From: Giardia intestinalis
Taxonomy: Eukaryota
Reading direction: 5' to 3' (one strand)
Length of the DNA: 64,000 nucleotides
Assembly: GCA_000002435.2 (NCBI GenBank)
Contig: CM018793.1
Below, one piece after another: positions 17,201-23,850 of this stretch; the first letter of the stretch is position 1, and each line of letters opens with the position of its first letter. Position numbers and translations under genes: made by a program. Below the pieces are notes generated by a model that saw only the letters and a program-made list of their open reading frames with translations, ran no database searches and was not told the DNA's origin.

Positions 17201-19918
17201 GAAGTCGCAGAAGGAATGAACGGACTTGACGAGAATCTCGTGGGCTAGAAGCGAGTTTAGTTGTTGGATGGTGTCGTCAATGGTGATCCTTAATGTGCTG
17301 TCGCACTGGTCAATCTTATGGAATACCTTAGATAGAGTATTATTGTCCCCGGTAGCCAAGAGGATATAGGGATTACAAAGGATAATAAGAAGAGCGCGAC
17401 AAAAAGTCAGCTTGTCCATGGCACAGAGAGACGTAAAGTCCGTCTGCCCCCTACTCGCCGACGCCATCAGCTCTAAGTCAAGGGCTTCGGACAAATCGAT
17501 TATGTAACGAGAAATTGCGTCTGTAACAGTACTCGCGTTAAGAGGCTCATTAGACCGTATATCGTGAAGCAATAACACGACATGGGTAATCAGAAACTCC
17601 CGTGTATTGCGGCAGAGAAGAGTCACGTTTGGCGAATTGATAGACTGCAAAAGAAGCAGGACGTCTTGACGACGATACAGAGAATAGATTGTGTTGGGCG
17701 CGACGTATGTCTCATACTCTTGCATTAGTTTGTAATGACTATCTTCCGAATACTGGTCAGTAACTTCAAAAAGGCTGACTAGGCAATCGAGAAACGTGAG
17801 GTACGTGCATGCGCTTACTAAGCTTAGCTCCTTGTCAGTAGAGAACAGCTTTAGCGATGCACTGCTTGAGTACAGGGCCAGAAGGTTGGCGTTCATGCGT
17901 GAAGTGCGCTGGCTTTGGGCCAAGGAACTTGAGGCGGCAGCTTTCGTCTTGAATGATGCGGAATGCCCGAGACTCGTCACCGGATCTTCGTGTGCACACT
18001 GTGCTGCATAGAGAGCAGTGGACATAGCATTATAGCCAGAACTAAGCAAGATGATGTCGCTGGAAATTGGTCGCGGAACCGTAGAAGTGCCCTCCGACAG
18101 GGTCCCTGAAAAGCTGGGCTTGATGTCGATGAAAATATACACGTCCCGGAGAAAATCTAGTGAATTGGACATGAAACAATTGGTCAGCTTTGTTAAGATA
18201 ACCTCTTCCAATGGAGCAGCATCAGAAGAAACGTACTCTGCAACAATCTGAAGTAGTGATTGAAAGTTGGAATAGTCTAGAGTGTTTCCAACGGCAATGC
18301 AGAATATGCCAAACGTTGCTGCCGCGTAGACGGGAATGGTCGGGAAATATGTAACTGGTGTTATTATGTTCTGCACCAGGGGAATAAAGAATGTGGCCAT
18401 AAGCGTCTTGCGTCTTCCTGGCAGCCCGGAGCTGGAGGACAGCTTCATGGTCTGTGTGTTAGATGCCTCAAACTGCAGAGCATTGTACTCCAGAAGCGCT
18501 GCATCGATCAGTGTCTGCCTAAAGAACGAGGGGGAATACACTAAAAACAAGAGTATAATGCGCAAGTATGCGCCTACTATTTCATTATAATCATTCATGG
18601 GCATACTGCTGCAAGATTCCAAGCCTGCAGTCTTCGTGTCCAGATAGGAATAGAAGAACGAGGCTAAAGACCGAAACATTCGAACACTGTAAATAACGGA
18701 GAGGTAATCTACGATCGCCTGCTCTTCCTGAACCGAGAAAAGTGGTAGACGGTTTTCGAGAGGGCCATGGCTCTCCAAAATGGAGAATGGCACCCGCGTA
18801 TATGCTTCTATCCGCCTCTCTCCGCAGTGCAGGAAGAATATGCTAAGCAGCCTGACCGTTATAACATCTGGTTGGTAGATGATGGAGCTGTCGCCAGCCA
18901 TTGTACGCGAAGTGTCCGCAGATAGGTGTAGACTGAATGGAGACCGTGTGGATGCAGCAGACAAAAACGCTTTGGTGTCTCTGCCACCCAACAGGTTCGT
19001 CACAAGGTAGTCGTCCATAACTAGTCGGGTAAATATCTTGTCCTGGTGTCGAAGAAGAGCGTTGTATTGGGCCAGCGCCTTATCTACTTGTTCGCCGCTA
19101 TCGAGAATCGCCTTTGCAATGGATTGCTTGAAGGTATGGAGCCGCTCCAATAAATCACTGAGCAATCCCAAGGTTGCTAAACGTGTGCTAGCAGAGCTGG
19201 AAACAGGACACTGTGCAGGAGGAGACAAGACTCTTTCAAACAAAAAGTCAGGCACCTGCGTCGAAAGAAAGAGCAAGAACTCGTCTGTTGAAAAGCTAGT
19301 CGTTGTATAGAGAGCCAAAATCTCTAACATCTCGTTCAGTGCGTCAGGGTTACCGGTGCATGTATGCAAATACGTCGTGAGGAGAGAAGCCGATTCATAC
19401 GTCTCTCTGAATAGGCAAACAATCCCAAAGCGGACCTGAACAAAGTGCCGTAGGAACTGAACTGCGTAGTTTGTCAGCTGGGTACTGCCTGCCCGCGGCT
19501 CAGACATGGCCTTTGCAAGCTCCTCCATGCCACCGAGAGCCACAAAGCTCTTCAAAAGACATGTCTGGACCCTAACATAGGAGGTGCTTTCCCCACTGGA
19601 AATACCCTTAAGGAGCTGTGTCATGGTTCCTAGAGCGAGACATTTGAACCGAACCGTCGTCTCGTTAATGGGCTTTAAATCTATTCTGAAAAGATCCAAC
19701 AAGAGGGCGACCAGCCCAGACGAGATTAGTACATCAAGCCTATCACTTAATGGGATTGCGTTTGAGGCAGCGACAGCGTCTTGCAAAAGAGACTGACAGA
19801 TACTGCTTGAGGTATCGATGAACGCCGTCGAGCTGTACGTCCCCGAGAGGACCTCCTTTACTTGTGCGACAATGATGGGAATGGCCATCTTCCACTTAAT
19901 TATGGGATTTGGCGCCAT
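14237..19918 (-). CDS. large hypothetical protein (~1894 aa), predominantly alpha-helical/ARM-HEAT-like with Ser-rich low-complexity C-terminal region
   Basis: Continuous ORF. Track start 19960 is TTG. The first ATG is 19918..19916 (complement), giving MAPNPIIKWKMAIPIIV..., preceded by the AT-rich 'catttaaaatc'. The C-terminal third is Ser/Pro-rich (PPPPPAAKSPSS). No catalytic motifs recognised. Confidence 0.6.
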   Translation of the reverse strand: MAPNPIIKWKMAIPIIVAQVKEVLSGTYSSTAFIDTSSSICQSLLQDAVAASNAIPLSDRLDVLISSGLVALLLDLFRIDLKPINETTVRFKCLALGTMTQLLKGISSGESTSYVRVQTCLLKSFVALGGMEELAKAMSEPRAGSTQLTNYAVQFLRHFVQVRFGIVCLFRETYESASLLTTYLHTCTGNPDALNEMLEILALYTTTSFSTDEFLLFLSTQVPDFLFERVLSPPAQCPVSSSASTRLATLGLLSDLLERLHTFKQSIAKAILDSGEQVDKALAQYNALLRHQDKIFTRLVMDDYLVTNLLGGRDTKAFLSAASTRSPFSLHLSADTSRTMAGDSSIIYQPDVITVRLLSIFFLHCGERRIEAYTRVPFSILESHGPLENRLPLFSVQEEQAIVDYLSVIYSVRMFRSLASFFYSYLDTKTAGLESCSSMPMNDYNEIVGAYLRIILLFLVYSPSFFRQTLIDAALLEYNALQFEASNTQTMKLSSSSGLPGRRKTLMATFFIPLVQNIITPVTYFPTIPVYAAATFGIFCIAVGNTLDYSNFQSLLQIVAEYVSSDAAPLEEVILTKLTNCFMSNSLDFLRDVYIFIDIKPSFSGTLSEGTSTVPRPISSDIILLSSGYNAMSTALYAAQCAHEDPVTSLGHSASFKTKAAASSSLAQSQRTSRMNANLLALYSSSASLKLFSTDKELSLVSACTYLTFLDCLVSLFEVTDQYSEDSHYKLMQEYETYVAPNTIYSLYRRQDVLLLLQSINSPNVTLLCRNTREFLITHVVLLLHDIRSNEPLNASTVTDAISRYIIDLSEALDLELMASASRGQTDFTSLCAMDKLTFCRALLIILCNPYILLATGDNNTLSKVFHKIDQCDSTLRITIDDTIQQLNSLLAHEILVKSVHSFCDFYVTNQTTKLVDLPHNLLVNVANDVRRLREIDNLKRVHGTQATDTGLLKTTGSFAQHFDPMIGTGLVPLEINFASLMMQLCDCYGSSLVTIASQNASLAGTQKRGTDLLRYALIIARSLDSDLTYANSKSETCTSQSYSILSTSTSLAQVSRLHSNKIKCKLISHMLQADKLSDGVGMVFMGKRDTLSYKGFGINAAYCLRYAHNTCEKTAMQQVQMAHTKNPTVFMVSSKFSQIQTLKADFGISLPNFRLQLADLLDITAWILEVIRCDYNVRVPEILYSPDLTETGAIPFSSAFVAELFPSYMNNTLELAIQATLKAREDNDRTLRFIDNTKDDSDSILHIIHRKVAIKICESVLESLYELRLMFFGLLGSKILFNPETSTFDTDYERFPEQNGYIGVYTKDTEGEQAVSAIPYKGKLTAYYFSETNAEVSRMSSVALVALMLTLMQPRRGTGVLAETSLTSFNSCSSPVQHPSPGSVTEQDHEINMEAINLSPLQTVAFTEMLQESLRYGFVMDNNLRYLQVNVKFENIILGNAESNLSINAYIPRVRAFLRKYGNYSFAVPTVTGTEQGVTVRSSLVDDVFTAGKFSDTYVSTKVKGNIGVDNPDHYRHSSKILKALHEENENQSRFSETSGETSSQFGRITEKHSPSLITSHQQVPSRLISTLLNVPKSESNASTYETAEDEFFTRQPHALSVHDVKAGIQDQHEDDAFKLDDIINTNVISNRGPHPEISAEPHDSSSCTSEVGSTPVPCATPNAVVEEATVEDAKAHLSDRRSHRASSISGPGGIPKSIATIKKHALPPPPPAAKSPSSKRSTFIECISASLAERQAPNTSVTPELSSYKDNLSASSASEGSETPVIIQISKSSHELGKLDTLNKDVSHIEGSSDVRVSENITRPIEFGSAMSGVDTNTLVALMDSLSLDVKQVIEKHHASKESSPVMRGEHEERLEKEITPVPCALSNETLDSIITSLKDIPKLGPPPLFT

Positions 19919-20454
19919 GCATGATTTTAAATGCAAATATGAACTGAAAATTGGAAGCAAGGGGCTTGGCTCGTAGGATCTTACCTTTCACACGTTTGTA
20001 TGGTAATGTTCTACTTACTTATTGACACTCCACATACAGCTGGGCTCTGCACTAACACTCTGAGTAATAAGTAAGAACGAAAATAGTGCAACAATAAGTT
20101 TATTTCAATCATGCAGTTTTGTCCAATGTAATCAATCTTGAACTACTTCAGCTTTCTCACCACTAAAGACCACTAAAGGCTAGTTGTTTCTGCTGAGGCC
20201 TTCCCCGAACGACAGTTTGTTTGTGCGTTTACAAGCAACATAAGCGCCAGCTAGAGTTTAAGGAAGCTTCCAAATTGCAGTGATCATCTTGCTAGTGCAT
20301 GAACTGATGAGTGTGAGGACGCGTTCACACACCCCGTAGAATAGGAACATGCTTATCTCTGAGGCGGAATCCCTATAGTCGACACAGCGGTCGGGACTGT
20401 AGTGCTATCTGGGATGCAAATTCTATATGGTCTAAACTTATTATACTCATAGTG

Positions 20455-22494
20455 TTAACCCAATCTATTTTCAATTAGCGCCCAGAGCGTCTTCATCTGT
20501 ACATGCACAGCCGCAGAATCTATACTGGATAGCTGAATAGAGAAAATATTATCGCCTTTGTAGTAGGGCGGAGCTGCTTCTTCTCCTTTCATATGAAAGT
20601 ACACCCCCAGAGATTTAGACAGGACATACGCCAACTTATCTTCGTTGGGCTTGTTGATGCGAACACGATTAAATTGAGAAGATTGCTTTTCCAAAACCAC
20701 GCAAAGAACGGCACCGCTCTCCCACTCCTGCTCAGTAACTTTTCCCACGTCGGATGTAAAGACCAAAGTTCGGGCTTTGTACGACAAAACGATATCGTCC
20801 GCAGCGAAGGACAACTTGTCCTTGCTGATGCTGAAATTCGTTGCCCCCGCTTCCTTGTCCTTGGCCTTCTGATGAACGTAGCTGTATTGGGGACGGCGGT
20901 AGTCCTTAACTTTCTCAAGACGGTTCAACGGTTTAAACTCTCCTCCTACGAATAGATAAAGTATGTTCCGTTCATTGACGACGCAGCTGCTGTAGGCAGA
21001 CGGTATTAAGATGTATCGTGGGCTGCTCTTTGATATTCGCTGTTGGAGGCTTTGGTTTACCTCTGCCCTTCGCTCGGAAGGTTCCACTTGAGAGTCGGGA
21101 GATCTGTGATAAAGACCTGATAGCACTTGCCTGAGCGTACTATCCGCGACAATCGGAATGTTATTTCGGATGAATGGAGCGACAAACTTTGCATAGTGAA
21201 GCGAGTTGGCAGAAATAAAGGTCACTGGCCGTTGTATTTTCGCTGCAACAACCCTGATGGTGTCGGCGGGATCCTTACGCGCGGTGATAGTGCAGTACTT
21301 ACTAAATGTACGTAGGACTTTGGACAAGTACGCTGTCGGAACAAGAGACGCGTAGAGAGAGGAGAGATACACGGTGCTACAGAACAGCGATGGCTTGTAT
21401 GTGTTCATACTTCGTGCGATGTCGTGAATAGTGTTCAGGATCCGTGACCCGCGCGCCGAAAAAAAGTCTTTACTGACAACAAATGTTGAGCGATGTATAA
21501 AGCTGGTTATCTGAGCCTTTTCAACCTCTAAAGTCTTAGGAAGAACCTTCACATTGGATGTGACTCTGGACGAAAGCACAGAAAGACGCCCAGAGTAAAT
21601 CAATTTCTGGTCTGGGCCGTCTGTTTCTGTGGTTAGTTGTGGGTTACTGGCAACTCGCTGGTCGAGCTCGCTGTACTTTTTGATTGAAGAGATTGCTTGG
21701 TCAAGAGAGAAGCCAGAGGGGCCACTGGCATGCTCTTCGGAGGTCTTTGGAGACATAGCTGTGGGAGCAGCTGACCTGTCTGCTAAAAAGGGAGTCAGAA
21801 AGTCCAAGTGTTTGGAAGCATGCTCGATCGCCGAGTCCACCTCAGTGAGAAAGCTGGCTCCGTGTGAGTAGTACGAAAGATATTCTTGGTTGTCTTTCTT
21901 ATCGTCCGCCTCCCGCGATGCAAGGAATTCGTGCAGTGCGCTGTAGTAGGAGCTGACGTCGCGCCGCCTGTCGTATTCGTGGACATCGAAAAACGCACCT
22001 TTGTTAGAGTCCTGAGTCAGTTTTATTATGAGAGGAATGCCTCCGCTTTTGAGTAGATCGGGGACTGCGCTGATGTTGACGTCAGTGATGAGACGCACGC
22101 TGGAGGGGTGGATAATGTCTGAAGAGTCTGCATCAGAATAGATGGCGGCATAGAGCCCCAGTATGCTCTTCCGGTCAAACACAGTTGTGTGGGCTTCGCT
22201 GGCGAGCGCCGCGTACTTCGGCCGGATGCGTCGAACGAAGAGGTTCTCGGCGACAACCGGCTCTCCGTTGGCAAGGATGAGCTGCTGCTGGGTTGCGACC
22301 ATGACGCAGAGGTCTGCGACCGTCATGGGAACGCCCTGGAGCGTGATCTCGTCGTGGGCGGGGAGGAGGGAGCCACCGGCGTAGACGTAGCGCTGCTGGG
22401 AGGCCTCGTCGTCGACAAGGCACCAGGCGCAGGCCGGGTCCCGGGTCTGCTGGAGGCCGGTGAGCGCCGCGCGGGCTGCAGCGAGCAGGGCCAT
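20455..22494 (-). CDS. hypothetical protein (679 aa); the first ~100 codons are extremely GC-rich
   Basis: Uninterrupted ORF with ATG at 22494 (complement) beginning MALLAAARAALTGLQQTRD. No recognised domain. Confidence 0.55.
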   Translation of the reverse strand: MALLAAARAALTGLQQTRDPACAWCLVDDEASQQRYVYAGGSLLPAHDEITLQGVPMTVADLCVMVATQQQLILANGEPVVAENLFVRRIRPKYAALASEAHTTVFDRKSILGLYAAIYSDADSSDIIHPSSVRLITDVNISAVPDLLKSGGIPLIIKLTQDSNKGAFFDVHEYDRRRDVSSYYSALHEFLASREADDKKDNQEYLSYYSHGASFLTEVDSAIEHASKHLDFLTPFLADRSAAPTAMSPKTSEEHASGPSGFSLDQAISSIKKYSELDQRVASNPQLTTETDGPDQKLIYSGRLSVLSSRVTSNVKVLPKTLEVEKAQITSFIHRSTFVVSKDFFSARGSRILNTIHDIARSMNTYKPSLFCSTVYLSSLYASLVPTAYLSKVLRTFSKYCTITARKDPADTIRVVAAKIQRPVTFISANSLHYAKFVAPFIRNNIPIVADSTLRQVLSGLYHRSPDSQVEPSERRAEVNQSLQQRISKSSPRYILIPSAYSSCVVNERNILYLFVGGEFKPLNRLEKVKDYRRPQYSYVHQKAKDKEAGATNFSISKDKLSFAADDIVLSYKARTLVFTSDVGKVTEQEWESGAVLCVVLEKQSSQFNRVRINKPNEDKLAYVLSKSLGVYFHMKGEEAAPPYYKGDNIFSIQLSSIDSAAVHVQMKTLWALIENRLG

Positions 22495-22557
22495 TTTGCA
22501 GGGCCAAAGAGGAAGACACCCCTCCCCTGCGTGTCTGTGGGTCTGACGGCCGTTGTC

Positions 22558-22630
22558 GCCGCTTTAGCTCAGTTGGTAGAGCGTTGGACTTTTAATCCAA
22601 CGGTCGCGGGTTCGAGCCCCGTAGGCGGTG
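22558..22630 (+). tRNA. tRNA-Lys (anticodon UUU)
   Basis: GCCGCTT-TA-GCTCAGTTGGTAGAGC-G-TTGGA-CTTTTAA-TCCAA-CGGTC-GCGGG-TTCGAGC-CCCGT-AGGCGGT-G. The D-arm GCTCAGTTGGTAGAGC is canonical. The anticodon stem is TTGGA/TCCAA with loop C-U-UUU-A-A. The T-arm carries GTTCGAGC. The acceptor stem pairs with two G-U wobbles. There is no encoded CCA. Only a short T-run (TTT) follows. Confidence 0.8.
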
Positions 22631-22636
22631 TTTACT
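22630..22636 (-). promoter_or_regulatory. AGTAAAC polyadenylation-type signal of the RPS13 gene, overlapping its TGA stop and the last base of the antisense tRNA-Lys
   Basis: The minus-strand sequence reads tgAGTAAACacc. It is a perfect AGTRAAY match beginning inside the stop codon at 22638..22636. Confidence 0.5.
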
Positions 22637-23100
22637 CACGCGTACGTCGCAAGGAGCGCGGCGGCCTGGTCGGACTTGTAGCGGAACGTCGGGGGGAGGC
22701 GCCTCGCCTGGCGGTAGTAGCGCGCGAGGCGGTGGATCCTCGACTCGACCAGGATCAGGCGGAACTTCGAGTCCTTGTCGCGGCGGCTGCGCTCGAGGTG
22801 CTTGCGGATGGCGACCGCCTTCTTGATCATGCAGTAGAGGTCCTCGGGGATTTCGGGCGCAAGGCCCTTCGCTTTCAGGATGCGGACGATCTTCGACCCC
22901 GTGACGTTCTTGACCTGGCCGATCGCAAACTGGTCGCGGAGGATAAGCCCGATCCTCGAGGGGGGCGTGCCCTTCTTGGCGAGCTTGCAGATCTGCTCGC
23001 AGACGTCCTCCGGCGTGTACTTGTTCCAGGGCGCAGGAGCGCGAGTGTATGGTATGGCAGAGCGGGATATACCCTTACCCTTCGAGTGCATGCGGCCCAT
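22636..23100 (-). CDS. RPS13: 40S ribosomal protein S13 (uS15)
   Basis: 154 aa. '[25 protein letters not shown]...[19 protein letters not shown]' is near-identical in pattern to eukaryotic RPS13 (MGRMHAPGKGLSQSALPY...[19 protein letters not shown]). ATG at 23100 (complement). GC-rich codon usage is typical of a highly expressed gene. Confidence 0.95.
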   Translation of the reverse strand: MGRMHSKGKGISRSAIPYTRAPAPWNKYTPEDVCEQICKLAKKGTPPSRIGLILRDQFAIGQVKNVTGSKIVRILKAKGLAPEIPEDLYCMIKKAVAIRKHLERSRRDKDSKFRLILVESRIHRLARYYRQARRLPPTFRYKSDQAAALLATYA

Positions 23101-23129
23101 GGCTTTGTCACGTGCCCGCTAAAATTGCT

Positions 23130-23762
23130 ATGCAAAGTGAATTTAAAGTCGCGGAGTTTTTTTACAGGCAGGCAGCCCGCGGCCCTATGGAGCGATTTGC
23201 GCGCGAGTGGTGCACGAACCTCTCCCTCCTCAAGGCGTCCCAGGCGAAGAAGTGCGTGGCCGGCCTCAAGGAGCAATTCCCCGGCGCAGAAGCCCTCATC
23301 GACGAGCTCTTTCCGCCCAAGGGAGAGGTCTCCCTGGTCAAGTGCAAGAACTACATACAGCTCCTAGTCAGCACGCTCCCCGCTGGCAGCGCCCACAACA
23401 CAGGGACCAAGCCCGTGAAGCGGATCGTATTCTGGAACATCCGCGACGGCCCGTGGATCCCGACCCTGCGTCTCCTGCAACGATACCCGACCCTGCTCCC
23501 CGTGCTACTAACCGACGCGTCGTGCCCCAAGTTCATACTCCAGGGCGCTCAGATGATGGCCCCTGGCATCCACCAGATGGACCAGGATCTCCCTCGGGGT
23601 GCGATTGTCTCTGTGAGCATCCAGGGTGCCCCGCCGTTCTACATCGGCCGTCTCACTCAGGCCGGTAAGGAGATAATGGCCGAGGGTCGCCACGAGCAGG
23701 CCGTGGAGACTCTCAACATAATTGGCGATGGGTTCTGGGAGTACGGCGACGACTATAAGTAA
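23130..23762 (+). CDS. MCT-1 / MCTS1-like PUA-domain protein (translation re-initiation factor family)
   Basis: 'LKEQFPGAEALIDELFPPKGEVSLVKCKNYIQLL...GPWIPTLRLLQRYPTLLP...KFILQGAQMMAPGI...IMAEGRHEQAV...GDGFWEY' aligns with human MCTS1 ([34 protein letters not shown]...GPFYPTLRLLHKYPFILP...KFVLSGANIMCPGL...IMAEGKQHAL...NDGLWHM). Track start 23049 lies inside RPS13 on the other strand. I place the start at ATG 23130 (MQSEFKVAEFFY...), preceded by 'gctaaaattgct'. Confidence 0.8.
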   Translation: MQSEFKVAEFFYRQAARGPMERFAREWCTNLSLLKASQAKKCVAGLKEQFPGAEALIDELFPPKGEVSLVKCKNYIQLLVSTLPAGSAHNTGTKPVKRIVFWNIRDGPWIPTLRLLQRYPTLLPVLLTDASCPKFILQGAQMMAPGIHQMDQDLPRGAIVSVSIQGAPPFYIGRLTQAGKEIMAEGRHEQAVETLNIIGDGFWEYGDDYK

Positions 23763-23850
23763 ATCGGAGTTGCCGTGCGTGCGCCGCCCGTCTGTGCGAG
23801 AGCTGCGCTGATAATAATTTTGAAACGTTTTCCTGTTTTCCGCAAAACAA

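Noticed and set aside
20300-20370. Box C/D snoRNA call as a definite feature
   Set aside because: The C box is imperfect (CTGATGA) and there is no terminal stem or internal D'/C' boxes. It is kept only as a low-confidence finding rather than an annotated ncRNA.
22189-23367. 392-aa plus-strand ORF spanning the tRNA-Lys and RPS13 loci
   Set aside because: It translates straight through a canonical tRNA gene and is antisense to the highly conserved RPS13 CDS. Its open frame is explained by stop-codon depletion in GC-rich DNA.
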